Part shown: positions 1-14,810 of the stretch, in pieces
Numbering within the stretch: the first letter of the stretch is position 1
How the letters are laid out: each line of letters begins with the position of its first letter
Assembly (NCBI GenBank): GCA_964016885.1
Contig: OZ024744.1
Location: 113,336,001-113,400,000, forward strand
Reading direction: 5' to 3'
Origin: Eledone cirrhosa
Lineage: Eukaryota
DNA: 64,000 nucleotides
The notes under the pieces: model-generated
What the model was told of the DNA's origin: nothing
The model's database searches: none
Seen by the model: the letters and a program-made list of their open reading frames with translations, nothing else
Program-made: the position numbers and the translations under genes

Positions 1-28
1 TACATACATACTATATATATATATATAT

Positions 29-63
<35 letters not shown>

Positions 64-324
64 CATACATACATATACATAATATATATATATATATATA
101 TACATACATACATATACATAATATATATATATATATATATACATACATACATATACATACATATATATATATATATATACATACATACATATACATAATA
201 TATATATATATATATATACATACATACATATATATATATATATACATACATATACATACATATATATATACATACATACATATACATATATATATATACA
301 TACATACATATACATACATATATA

Positions 325-427
<103 letters not shown>

Positions 428-772
428 TATATATATGCATACATACATATACATACATACATATATATATATATGCATACATACATATACATACATATAT
501 ATATATATATATATACATACATACATATACATATATATATATATATATATACATACATACATATACATACATATATATATATATACATACATACATACAT
601 ATACATACATATATATATACATACATACATATACATATACATACATACATATACATACATATATATATATATACATACATACATATACATATATATATAC
701 ATATATATATATATACACATATATATATGTATATATATATACATATATATATATATATACATATATATATAC

Positions 773-805
<33 letters not shown>

Positions 806-846
806 CATATATATACATATATATACATATATATACATATATATAC

Positions 847-953
<107 letters not shown>

Positions 954-1112
954 CATATATATACATATATATATATATATATACATATATATACATATAT
1001 ATATATATATATACATATATATACATATATATATATATATATACATATATATACATATATATACATATATATATATATATACACATATATATATATATAT
1101 ACATATATATAC

Positions 1113-1147
<35 letters not shown>

Positions 1148-1158
1148 CATATATATAC

Positions 1159-1191
<33 letters not shown>

Positions 1192-1250
1192 CATATATAT
1201 ACATATATATACATATATATATATATATACATATATATACATATATATAC

Positions 1251-1285
<35 letters not shown>

Positions 1286-1324
1286 CATATATATATACAT
1301 ATATATATATACATATATATATAC

Positions 1325-1355
<31 letters not shown>

Positions 1356-1390
1356 AACATATATATATATATACATATATATATATAAAC

Positions 1391-1421
<31 letters not shown>

Positions 1422-1438
1422 CATATATATATATAAAC

Positions 1439-1469
<31 letters not shown>

Positions 1470-1492
1470 CATATATATATACATATATATAC

Positions 1493-1523
<31 letters not shown>

Positions 1524-1543
1524 CATATATATATATACATACA

Positions 1544-1575
<32 letters not shown>

Positions 1576-1580
1576 CATAC

Positions 1581-1618
<38 letters not shown>

Positions 1619-1649
1619 ATACATACATACATATATATATACATACATA

Positions 1650-1683
<34 letters not shown>

Positions 1684-1950
1684 CATACATATATATATAT
1701 ATACACATACATATATATATATACATACATATATATATATATACATACATATATATATACATACATACATATATATATACATACATATATATATATATAT
1801 ACATACATATATATATATATATACATACATATATATATATATATACATACATATATATATATATATACATACATATATATATATATATACATACATATAT
1901 ATATATATACATACATATATATATATATACATACATATATATATATATAC

Positions 1951-1984
<34 letters not shown>

Positions 1985-2138
1985 ACATACATATATATAT
2001 ATACATACATATATATATATACATACATATATATATATACATACATATATATATATACATACATATATATATATACATATACATATATATATATACATAT
2101 ACATATATATATATTTATATATATATACATATACATAT

Positions 2139-2172
<34 letters not shown>

Positions 2173-2182
2173 ATATACATAC

Positions 2183-2244
<62 letters not shown>

Positions 2245-2740
2245 ATATATACATACATATATATGCATACATATATATATATATATATATACATACATAC
2301 ATATACATAATATATATATATATATATATACATACATACATATACATAATATATATATATATATATATACATACATACATATACATAATATATATATATA
2401 TATATATACATACATACATACTATATATATATATATATATACATACATACATATACATACATATATATATATATATATACATACATACATATACATAATA
2501 TATATATATATATATATACATACATACATATACATAATATATATATATATATATATACATACATACATATACATACATATATATATATATATATACATAC
2601 ATACATATACATAATATATATATATATATATATACATACATACATATATATATATATATACATACATATACATACATATATATATACATACATACATATA
2701 CATATATATATATACATACATACATATACATACATATATA

Positions 2741-2849
<109 letters not shown>

Positions 2850-3237
2850 ATGCATACATACATATACATACATACATATATATATATATGCATACATACA
2901 TATACATACATATATATATATATATATATACATACATACATATACATATATATATATATATATATACATACATACATATACATACATATATATATATATA
3001 CATACATACATACATATACATACATATATATATACATACATACATATACATATACATACATACATATACATACATATATATATATATACATACATACATA
3101 TACATATATATACATACATACATATACATACATATATATATATATACATACATACATATACATACATATATATATATATATATACATACATACATACATA
3201 TACATACATATATATATATATATATATACATACATAC

Positions 3238-3296
<59 letters not shown>

Positions 3297-3301
3297 CATA
3301 C

Positions 3302-3354
<53 letters not shown>

Positions 3355-3799
3355 CATACATATATATACATATATATACATACATATATATAGATACATA
3401 TATATATATACATATATATAACATATATACACAGATATAACATATATACACATATATATATAACATATATACAGATATAACATATATACACACACATATA
3501 TATATATATATATACACATATATATATATATAACATATACACATATATAACATATACACATATATAACATAACATATATACACACATAACATATATAGAC
3601 ACATAACATATATAGACACATAACATATACACACATAACATATATACACACAACATATATAGACACATAACATATATAGACACATAACATATATACACAC
3701 ATAACATATATACACACATAACATATATACACACATATATATATATACACACATATATATACACATAACATATATACACACAACATATATACACACAAC

Positions 3800-3845
<46 letters not shown>

Positions 3846-3933
3846 ATATATATATGTATAAACTATATATATATATGTATAAACTATATATATATATGTA
3901 TAAACTATATATATATATGTGTATGTATAAAAT

Positions 3934-4345
3934 ATATATAATTTATTTATATGGTCTGTTTATATTTTCATGCTGAAAGAATTGCAAACGAATTGTAATA
4001 TTATGCAACTATAAATAAAATTAAATGTTTATACCTGTGTATATATATATATATATATGTATAAACTATATATATATATGTATATATATATATATACAGT
4101 TTATACATACATATATATAAATAGTTTATATATATATATTTATAATTTATATATATATATACATATATATAGTTTATACATACATACATATACATAGTTT
4201 ATACATACAAATATATATATAGTTTATACATATATATATATACACAGGTATAAACATTTAATTTTCATAGTTGTATAACATTACAATTCGTTTGCAATTC
4301 TTTCAGCATGAAAATATAAACAGACCATATAAATAAATTATATAT
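3934..4345. repeat. Inverted repeat with ~105-bp arms enclosing TA microsatellite
   Basis: ATAATTTATTTATATGGTCTGTTT...ATACCTGTGT (3934-4040) is mirrored by ACACAGGTATAAAC...AGACCATATAAATAAATTAT (4241-4345), with a few mismatches. Confidence 0.85.
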
Positions 4346-5894
4346 ATTTATATATATATAGTTTATACATACATATATATATATAGTTTATACATACATA
4401 TATATATATAGTTTATACATACATATATATATATAGTTTATACATACATATATATATATAGTTTATACATACACATATATATATAGTTTATACATACACA
4501 TATATATAGTTTATACATACACATATATATAGTTTATACATACACATATATATAGTTTATACATACACATATATATAGTTTATACATACACATATATATA
4601 GTTTATACATACACATATATATAGTTTATACATACACATATATATAGTTTATACATACACATATATATAGTTTATACATACATATATATATAGTTTATAC
4701 ATACATATATATATAGCTTATACATACATATATATATAGCTTATACATACATATATATATAGCTTATACATACATATATATATAGCTTATACATACATAT
4801 ATATATAGCTTATACATACATATATGTATATATAGTTTATACATACATATATGTATATATAGTTTATACATACATATATGTATATATAGTTTATACATAC
4901 ATATATGTATATATAGTTTATACATACATATATGTATATATAGTTTATACATACATATATGTATATATAGTTTATACATACATATATGTATATAGAGTTT
5001 ATACATACATATATGTATATAGAGTTTATACATACATATATGTATATATAGTTTATACATACATATATGTATATATAGTTTATACATACATATATGTATA
5101 TATAGTTTATACATACATATATGTATATATAGTTTATACATATATGTATATATAATTTATACATATATGTATATATAATTTATACATATATGTATATATA
5201 ATTTATACATATATGTATATATAATTTATACATATATGTATATATAATTTATACATATATGTATATATAATTTATACATATACGTATATATAGTTTATAC
5301 ATATATGTATATAGTTTATACATACATGTTTATAAACATATATATATATAGTTTATACATACATATAGTTTATACATACATATATGTATATAGTTTATAC
5401 ATAGATATATATATATAGTTTATACATACATATATATATATAGTTTATACATACATATATATATAGTTTATACATACATATATATATATAGTTTATACAT
5501 ACATATATATATATAGTTTATACATACATATATATATATAGTTTATACATACATATATATATATAGTTTATACATACATATATATATATAGTTTATACAT
5601 ACATATATATATATAGTTTATACATACATATATATATATAGTTTATACATACATATATAGTTTATACAGACATATGTATATAGTTTATACAGACATATAT
5701 GTATATAGTTTATACAGACATATATGTATATAGTTTATACAGACATATATGTATACAGTTTATACAGACATATATGTATATAGTTTATACAGACATATGT
5801 ATATAGTTTATACAGACATATATGTATACATACATATATTTAGTTTATACATACATATATGTATATAGTTTATACATATATATTTATATAATTT

Positions 5895-5925
<31 letters not shown>

Positions 5926-6272
5926 GTGTATACATATATATTTATATAATTTATACATATATATTTATATATATATATATATATATATAGTGTATACATA
6001 TATATTTATATAATTTATACATATATATTTATATAATTTATACATATATATATATATATATATATATAGTGTATACATATATATTTATATAATTTATACA
6101 TATATATTTATATAATTTATACATATATATATATATATATATATATAGTGTATACATATATATTTATATAATTTATACATATATATATATATATAGTTTA
6201 TACATATATATATATATATATATATAGTTTATACATATATATATATAGTTTATACATATATATATATAGTTT

Positions 6273-6308
<36 letters not shown>

Positions 6309-6386
6309 TATACATATATATATATATATATATATATAGTTTATACATACATATCTATAGTTTATACATATATATATAGTTTATAT

Positions 6387-6526
6387 AGTCCAGAATTAGC
6401 CGTCGAAACGGCTTGAGCTCAGCCGTGGGGGTCCTACTCGTTCTTATTACCCACTCTACTACGCTACGTATTGAGTACTTTGGTGCGTTATGGTCCATCT
6501 GGTTCCTTACCACATTTCCTTCGTTA
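6387..6526 (+). repeat. Dispersed repeat (probable Penelope-type terminus) carrying the 3' half of a hammerhead motif; also at 60310-60520
   Basis: AGTCCAGAATTAGCCGTCGAAACGGCTTGAGCTCAGCCGT...; the reverse complement occurs at 60310-60450. Confidence 0.7.
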
Positions 6527-7006
6527 TAGTTTATACATATATATATATATAGTTTATACATATATATATATAGTTTATACATATACACAGTTTATACATA
6601 TATATATATAGTTTATACATATATATATAGTTTATACATATATATATATATAGTTTATATACATGTATATATATATGTGGGGGGGGGGTCTACGCGATTT
6701 GAAAAGTTATAATCCCCAGTTCCCTTCTAGTTTATGTAGACATATAATTTAAAGGCCTTCTAATCGTGACCATCTCATCTTTTATTTTGTTGTTGTTTTT
6801 TTCAGAACATTAACTAACGTTCATTCATTCATTCATTCGCACACCTCCGTTGTGTGAAATAAGGGATATTTGACTGCTGTTTCTAGGATAATACAACTAC
6901 ATAGTGTCACATTATGATAGTGACTCAACATGTTGATGAGTCGCTTGTGTATGATGAGGGATAGGTGGGGTGGTTGTGTGTATATAGTAATTAAATATTT
7001 ACATAC

Positions 7007-7412
7007 CTGCATCCTCTTCATCAATTTTTAAAGCTTTCGAAATATATTCGAAAGCTTTTCTATGGTGGTGTTTCTGTTTTGACAACGAAGGTTCACCTGG
7101 CCCTAGTGTAGTCCTAATCTTCCCTGAATCTGTATAAGACATCATAAAAGCTTTTTCTTCATCTAAACATTTTTTTTTCGAAGCTTTCTCACATTTATAC
7201 GAAATCGATTTCCGACTTTTGCACACAAGCACGACTAAAACCAGCCATAACTGGGCAGCTACGGACCGTATTATAGCGAATAGAATTAATATAGGTGTTG
7301 CAAACAGTCGTACGTTTTGTCTGTGGAATGAACGTTCGTTTTTAGGTTGATTTTTTGAATGACTTTCATGTCTTTTCCGACCAAAAAGTCTTCCACTTCC
7401 TCGGCGTTGCAT
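7007..7412 (-). CDS. SPAST: Spastin (microtubule-severing AAA ATPase), first coding exon: N-terminal hydrophobic hairpin and start of the MIT domain
   Basis: [36 protein letters not shown] resembles human [56 protein letters not shown] resembles [21 protein letters not shown]. The exon ends at a canonical phase-1 donor (CAG|GTATGT, GT at 7006), the same position as human intron 1. An in-frame ATG at 7496 is a possible alternative start. Confidence 0.92.
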
Positions 7413-7429
7413 TTTATGGTGTCCGCCAT
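7286..7429 (-). promoter_or_regulatory. Out-of-frame upstream ORF (47 codons) overlapping the spastin start; its ATG lies in a YY1-like AAGAATGGCGG motif
   Basis: AGAATGG context (A at -3, G at +4), 17 nt upstream of the spastin ATG; stop at 7286. Confidence 0.55.
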
Positions 7430-7504
7430 TCTTTGAAGGGAGACAACTCGAGCTGCTCCACTTCGAGCAACGAGAACACTCCCCAGTTTCATTCATGAAA
7501 TCAA

Positions 7505-7915
7505 ATGTAGTAGTAGTAGTGGTGGTGGTGGTGGTAGTAGTAGTAGTAGAAGAGGTGGTGGCAGTGGAAGTGGTGTTGTTGGTGTGGTGGTGGTGGTGCT
7601 GGAGGTGGTGTTGATGTTAGTATTGGTGGTGGTGGTGCTGGAGGTGGTGTTGATGTTAGTATTGGTGCTGGTGATGCTGGATGTGGTGTTGATGTTTGAG
7701 GTGGTGGTGGTGCTTGAGGTGGCGTTGATGTTAGTGTTGGTGGTGATGTTTGTGGTGGAGGTTCTGGTAATGGTGGTGCTGCTGCTGGTGTTTGAGGTGG
7801 TGTTGATGTTAGTGTTGGTGGTGATTGGTGTGGTGGAGGTGGTGGAGGTGGTGGTGGTGGTGCTGCTGCTGCTGCTGCAGGTGATGTTGATGTTAGCATT
7901 GGTGGTGGTGATGGT
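7505..7915. repeat. (TAG)n/(GGT)n/(GCT)n trinucleotide tract with recurring GATGTTAGTATTGGT units, directly upstream of spastin
   Basis: Direct reading; poly-Pro and poly-Val ORFs are artefacts. Confidence 0.9.
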
Positions 7916-8454
7916 CCACTGCTACAGGGCAGGCAACAGAGGTGGCAGACCTTTCCCCAGTAGCCTTACTGGCGACAAAGTCACTGGAGCGGGCTCCACT
8001 TCCACCACCAACAGCAGTGGAGCTAATACTCCTTCCCAGACCTCAGGGAATGTGACATGGAGTGTGAGGCAGGAGTGGAGTGGCTAAATAAAGGTCTGCC
8101 ACAAAAAGAAAAGGAAGAACCCCCTTAGCTTCACCTTCCAAAAGTGAGTGCAAGGCAAACAACGAGGGGTAAAGGCTGCAAGGTGACTTGCAGTAACAGC
8201 ATCACCATCACCACCAACAACAACAACCACACCAGCACCAGCATCACCACAAACGCCAACATCATAAACACAAGACACACATACCCAACAGCAGCAACAA
8301 GAACCCCCCCCCCCCCTCACCCACACTCCACAAAAAGATTACACAGCCATAAACATTGCAAATAAAGAACTCATAGAAATATAAAGCAACACACAGAACG
8401 GTCACCTGTTACAACTGTTCAGCATCAAGCACTCGGTCCACCAGGGTTGTCCCT

Positions 8455-9928
8455 GGATGGAAGGACCGTTTAAAATGCTCGGGGTTCTGGTTCGGTCCGG
8501 ACCTCCAGATGGAGAAAAACTGGAGCAAGGTGTTGAGCAGGGTGATCTCTCTCACCCAGAAATGGACCAAGAGGAAGCTGTCCTTGAAAGGTCAGACGGA
8601 GGTGGCGAATGCATACATCGCATCCATCATCTGCTACCACATGACCGTCGTGCCTTGCCCCAGCCCAACTCTGACCAAAATGGAGCGTCTCCTCTTCCGC
8701 TTTTTATGGAAGGGACATGCTCCCATGGTCAGATGATCCATCTACTGTCAGCACCTGTTGCGTGGAGGACTGGGCATGCCATGGCTCATGATGTGCAAAC
8801 ATGCACTGAGGCTATGACATCTCTGGTGCAGCCTTGACGGTGAACAGGTGTGGTCGCCATTTGCCAGACGTGTTTTTCCCCAGCTTGTCTCCATGACGGA
8901 GCTGCAGTCCTGGATCAGGAAAAGACTGAGGGATAGTGCTTGGAAGCTGGAATATCTCCAAGCGCTCACCACCCGCTACCAGCTGGGCACTAGTATCGGT
9001 GGAACATCCACCTCAGCATTCTATAGAGGGCTAGTGGAGGGGAAGAGTGATAACGTTCTCGGGGAGACCGTGGGCATCAAAGACGATCAGCAGTTTGCTC
9101 TCTTCAAGAGAACTTTCAACCCGGGACCTATGGACAATTTCCAAAAATCCCTGGCCTGGCAGTGCTACCGGGGAGCATTGCTGGTTTGAGATAAACTCTA
9201 CAGCCGAACCTTTCTGAGGTGCGCGCAGGACAACGAAACCGTTGTGCATGCACTCATTCAGAGTCTGAACATTGCTGACTTGTGGAGCTATGTCAAATAT
9301 TTGCTGTCATGTGTAGGACGGATCCGGTTATCGACTGAGTCCATTTGGCAGATAGCCCCGCCAGCCTCCTTTAAGGAGAAGAAAGTGCAGGCAGTTTTCA
9401 TCTGCCTGGTGGCCATGCCAAAAGAGATTGTATGGTGGACAAGGTTGAAAAGATTGAAGACGGACAAATCCCTGATTAACTTTTTCAAATTTCACTTGAA
9501 GAGGAAAATCAGAGTGGAGAAGCAAGTGTTGTCTTCTAGTAAGTTTGTTGAAAGGTGGGTGAAAGTGGCGAGTCTGGTCCAAGTGAACGGGCCCGTTCTG
9601 AGTATGCGCCTGTAGACTGAGGAGTGGGAGAATTGAGAGAGGGCGTTTGTCTTGGTGGTCAGGGTTGCCATGGTCTTTAGTGCGGTTTTCACCACAAGTG
9701 ACCCTCAGAGTTTCCCCCCTATTGGGGAATTTTTGTTTGAATTTTTTAATTTGTTTTTACACATTTCTATTTTCTTGTTATAACATTTTTACACGACCAA
9801 AACCCACTTTGTATCGTCCTGTACCGTTTTGTGCCGTCGGTAATGTTTTTCTTCATGTTAGCACTTGTGGCTAACATGAAGAAAAACATTACAAATGGCC
9901 AATAAAGAAACCATTATTATTATTATTG
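8455..9928 (+). mobile_element. 5'-truncated L1/Tx1-like LINE (ORF2 C-terminal part plus 3'UTR), frameshifted
   Basis: WTKRKLSLKGQTEVANAYIASII, LLFRFLWKG and GGLGMP motifs. The 3'UTR has a hairpin (9840-9891), then AATAAA and an (ATT)n tail. Confidence 0.8.
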
Positions 9929-10199
9929 GACGCACATATGTTAAGACGTACAAGTCTGCGGGAGAAACGGTTTTAAAGTATCATTTTTCGTATTTTCTTG
10001 TCAATAACAAAGCATAAGGTACCCACCTTGGTTCCAAGAAAGGGAGACCTCTCAATATTCGGGCTTTAAGCCCGAATATTCAGATTTATTTTTAAAAACT
10101 TTTTAAAAAAGGCAAAGTGGGGAAGCGATTTTTTTTGAAATTTTTAAAAGTAAATCTCAATATTCGGGCTTTAAGCCCGAATATTGAGACTCTCCCGAG

Positions 10200-11500
10200 A
10201 AGTAAGAAGCTTCATTCTATCTTGAAGGAGAGCAAAATATATGCTACTGATCTCATGCTTGGTACCCAGGCTGGACAGACTAAAGAAACTGTTGCAACTG
10301 ATGCTGCTAGGCACATAAAATCACTGGCAAAAGCAAAAGGGCAAGGACAATTAGCATCAAATTGGGAGCAGAAACCTCTGCATGGCAAATATGTGGCCTG
10401 TAGCAAACAAGCTGATGTTGACCAAAAGCACACCCATCAGTGGCTACGTAGTTCAGGGCTAAAGGCGGAGAGTGAAGGCTTCATCTTAACTGCCCAAGAT
10501 CAAAGCTTATTGACTCGTAATTACCAGGCCAATGTGATGAGAAACGGAGTAAACCCAAAATGCCGATTCTGCAATGCTGAGGTTGAAACAGTGGACCACC
10601 TAGTTTCTGGATGTAAAGTTTTAGCCCCAGTAGAGTACAAATATAGACAGAATTGGCCAATATCTACAGAGCAATATGTTGGCATTATAAAAGTGGATTG
10701 GCAGTATCGGTAGAGGGTCGGACGCCATGCTTTCCAGCATAGTTACGTCCCTTTACGATCTGAGTTCAAATCCCGCCGAGGTTGACTTTGCCTTTCATCC
10801 TTACGGGGTCGATAAAATAAAGTACCAGTAATGCACTGGGTAATTGCTGGCCTTGTGCCAAACGTAGAAACAATTATAAAATCAAAGCTGAAGAGAAGTG
10901 GTACAATCATCACCCTGAGGCTGTAACTGAAGGAGAAAAAGTAACAATTCTCTGGGACTTTCCTGTACATACTGACAGGACCATAAAAGCAAATAGACCT
11001 GACATCATTGTAAAAGATCAACATAACAAGGTCTGTTTATTGATAGATATGAGCATCCCATGTGATCACAATATCGTGGCAAAAGAATTTGACAAGCTAC
11101 GAAAATATAAAGATCTGCTTATTGAAATCGAAATAATGTGGCAACTCAAGGCCGTTACAATACCAGTGATTGTGGGAGGACTGGGAATGATCAAGAAAGA
11201 AACAGAACAATATTTGTGAATGATTCCTGGTTTACCCTCTCTGCAAGAGGTGCAAAAAATTGTTTTGACTGGTACTGCACACGTATTGAGAAGAGCACTA
11301 TCTCTGTAAGATTGATAACCCTCCTTGTATTTACATATGCATATGCACATGTGTATATATGTATACTGTTTTTTTTTATTATGTGCTCTATTAACTGGCT
11401 TACCAATGCACACTGTGAATTTATTTGCCCTAGGTGTCAGGAAGACACTCAGCATATATCTCAGAAACAATAATGAAAGAAAATAAAAATAATAATAATA
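10200..11500 (+). mobile_element. 5'-truncated R4/Dong-like RLE non-LTR retrotransposon, interrupted by a SINE
   Basis: KPLHGKY, ESEGFILTAQDQ, CRFC..ETVDHLVSGC zinc knuckle, ILWDF..NRPDII restriction-like endonuclease; ends in (TAA)n. Confidence 0.85.
10693..10875 (+). mobile_element. tRNA-derived SINE with a Meta-like central domain (family A). Other copies near 11505-11680(-), 13144-13330(-), 14810-14998(-), 16395-16587(+), 41798-41868(-), 47435-47620(+), 50322-50440(+), 51555-51740(-), 53166-53348(+), 59175-59410(-)
   Basis: B-box GAGTTCAAATCC followed by GCCTTTCATCCTTACGGGGTCGATAAAATAAAGTACCAG; at least 11 similar copies, mostly in TAA-rich sites. Confidence 0.9.
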
Positions 11501-11684
11501 ATAATTGTTCCTACTTTAGGCACAAGGCCAGCAATTACCCAGTGCATTACTGGTACTTTATTTTATCGACCCCGTAAGGATGAAAGGCAAAGTCAACCTC
11601 GGCGGGATCTGAACTCAGATCGTAAAGGGACGTAACTATGCTAGAAAGCATGGCGTCCGACACTCTACCGATACTGCCAATACA

Positions 11685-13140
11685 ATGATATATGTATGGA
11701 ATTTGGTGTTGATAAGTGTGGAATCCTAGTGATGAAGAGGGGTAAATTGAGCAGAAGCAACGGAATCCAGGTACCAACAGGTGAGATGATAAAGGAAATT
11801 GACACTGAAGAGGGATACAAATATTTGGGTGTTCTGGCAGTAGACGACATCAAGAACAAAAAATTGAAGGAATTGATAAGATCTGAGTACACAAGGAGAG
11901 TAAGGAACATACTAAAATCACATCTAAACAGTAGGAATGTCATAAATGCAGTAAATTCCCGAGCTGTGTCTATTATTAGGCACATTGCGGGAATTCTGAA
12001 ATGGAATGTTGCTGAACAAAAAGAAATGGATAGGAAGACTAGGAAGCTATTGACTACCTACAACATGTTCCACAAGAGGAGTGATGTCGATAGACTCTAC
12101 TTAAAGAGATCTGAAGATGGAAGAGGTCTTATCAGCATAGAAGACTGTGTTCAGGTGGAGAAAAACAACCTGCACAAATATGTGACTGACAATAGGGAGC
12201 CAATGCTCAAAGTTGTACTGAAGGAGAAGATAATAGACCAGGTGATGTCCAAGGAGGAAATAACAACAAGGAGGAAGAGCAACCTTCATGAAAAATCCCT
12301 TCATAGTACCTTCTTTAAGAAAACGGAATTTAGAGATCCACAGACATGGAACTGGTTAAAAAGAGAAGACTTTAAAAAAGCTACAAAAGGAATGCTAATG
12401 GCTGCGCAAGAGCAAGCCCTCAGAACGAAGTGAATGAAACACCATATTGACAAGGAGGAGGCTAGCTCACTGTGTAGGATCTGTGGAGAGAGAGAGGAGA
12501 CTGTGGCTCACATTGTATCCGAGTGTAAACACCTAGCCCAGACTCACTATAAGGGCTGGAGACATGATGTGATAGGCAGGGTGATCCACTGGCACCTATG
12601 CAAAGTAAACAATATACCACATTCTGAGAAGTGGTTTGAGCATAAGCCAGAGTCGGTGATAGAAAACGATCAGGTGAAGGTGCTGTGGGATTTTAGGATA
12701 CAGATGGACAAGAAACTAGAAATCAATAGGCCTGACCTGGTGGTTTAGAACAAGGAAAAAAGATTGTGCCTGATTGTAGATGTAGCCTGCCCATTTGACA
12801 CGAGAGTGCAAGAAAAGGAAAGGGAGAAAATTAACTGATACCAGGATTTAAAGTGGGAGTTAAAAAGGATTTGGAACTGTCATGAGATGAAGGTCATCCC
12901 AGTTGTCATAGGAGCACTAGGTACTATCTCAAAGAGTTTCCAAGGATGGTTAAAGAAGATTAGTCCAGCCCCACTTTTTGGAACACTTCAAAAGGCATGC
13001 TTGCTGGGAACAGCAAGAACCCTCCGATACGTCCTGAATGTCTGAGGCTGCAGGTAGCAGCTTGATGTTCATTTCAACAAACTTTCCAGTTAAATAACAT
13101 CAATGACTGAGACTCAAAGAACAATAATAATAATAATAAT
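11685..13140 (+). mobile_element. Second R4/Dong-like element (RT C-terminus, CCHC, RLE) with in-frame stops
   Basis: MEFGVDKC, YKYLGV, RLYLKRSEDGRGL, CRICGEREETVAHIVSEC, RHD, LWDFRIQ..NRPDLV; (TAA)n tail. Confidence 0.9.
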
Positions 13141-13329
13141 AAGTGTTTCTACTATTGGCACAAGGCCAGCAATTACTCAGTACATTACTGGTACTTTATT
13201 TTATCGACCCCGTAAGAATGAAAGGCAAAGTTAACCTTGGCGGGATTTGAACTCAGAATGGCAAGGGCCATAACTCTATGCGTCAAAGCATGGCGTCCGA
13301 CCCTCTACCGATACTGCCAATTCATCGCC

Positions 13330-13359
<30 letters not shown>

Positions 13360-13363
<4 letters not shown>

Positions 13364-14810
13364 ATCAACAAGTGACATAGACATGATGATAGAAACAATC
13401 AAGCAAAAGTGTGGGCCAAAGCAGCTCGTATAAGGTGCTTTGAAAAACGCTCTAGATTCTATAAGAACAATAATATGTTCAAAAACAACCAAAAAAACTT
13501 CTACAGAAAAATTGGCAAGTCAACAATAACTGCTAAATCAATACCACCCAAGGAGGAAGTGCAAGAATTCTGGGAAAATATCTGGGCCAAAGAAAAAGTT
13601 CATAATATACATGCCCCATGAATAGACAGACAAATGAAAGATACAGCTCACCTTGAGGAACAATCATGGGAAAATATAACAGTTGAACATCTGCGTTTAG
13701 CTCTTAGAAAATCCAGCAAATGGAAATCCCCAGGGAAAGACAAAATACCAAATTTTTGGATAAATGCCTTCACAGAGTCTCATGAACTGTTAGCCCAACT
13801 TTACAATGAAATGGTTAAGAAACCAGAAAAGATACCATCATGGCTAGTTAACGGCATTACATTCCTACTTCCGAAGAATGATGAGACAAATGATCCCCAA
13901 AATTACAGACCGATAACTTGCTTGACCACAATGTATAAAATTTTAACATCAGTCCTAACTGAATATACATATGACCACCTGATAACAAATGATCTATTTC
14001 CCAATGAGCAGAAAGGGTGAAAACGAGGATCAGCTTTTGATTAACAAAATGATACTGGAAGATTGTCATAATAGACATAAAAATCAATCAATTGCTTGGA
14101 TAGATTACAAAAAAATCATTCGATAGTTTGCCACACAGTTGGATTGAAAGGTGTTTAGAGATTTTCAAAATATCTCCCGTTGTCAGGAGGTTCCTGTTAT
14201 TCAGTATGAAAACATGAAAACAACACTCCTTTTGAATAGTGAAAAAGAATAACTGGAAGCCGGAGAAGTTAATATTAATTGTGGAATTTTTCAGGGTGAC
14301 TCTTTATCACCGCTTTTAATCTGTATCGCACTTATACCATTAAGTAAAATGCTCAATGAAATAAAACATGGATATAGAGTCTATGACAAAACCATTAATC
14401 ACTTGTTCTACATGGATAACTTGAAACTATTTGCAAAAAATGATGCCTTTGCAATTGTTCATCATTTTTTGCAAATAGTTTCAGATTGGAAAATCGTGGA
14501 AGTTGAGAGCTAAAACAATACCAGTGGTTGTAGGCGCTCTGGGAATGATACCTAAGGGGTCTAATGATTACTTATCCCAAATCCCAGGAAACCCGCGTAT
14601 AGGAGAAATTCAAAAGATAGTACTAATGGGAACTGCCCATATACTAAGGAAGATTATGTCAATATAAGTACATCACCTAAAGATACATGTTTGTGTATGT
14701 GTTCTTTCTTGAACATGGCAGATCTTGTTGTATCTTGAGGTCACTGGTTGTGACTTGGTAATGACTTGTATGAACATAAAGCAAGATAAATGAAATAATA
14801 ACAATAATAA
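13360..14810 (+). mobile_element. Third R4/Dong-like element: RT N-terminal half joined by an internal deletion to the 3' end
   Basis: WKSPGKDKIPNFW, NYRPITCLTTMYK, GIFQGDSLSP, HLFYMDNLKL, then PVVVGALG..EIQKIVL; flanked by (TAA)n. Confidence 0.85.

Noticed and set aside
7501-8087. Pro-rich and Val-rich ORFs
   Set aside because: Trinucleotide-repeat artefacts with no domain evidence.
10693-10780. tRNA genes at A/B-box motifs
   Set aside because: They are SINE heads continuing into shared body and tail sequence; no full cloverleaf.
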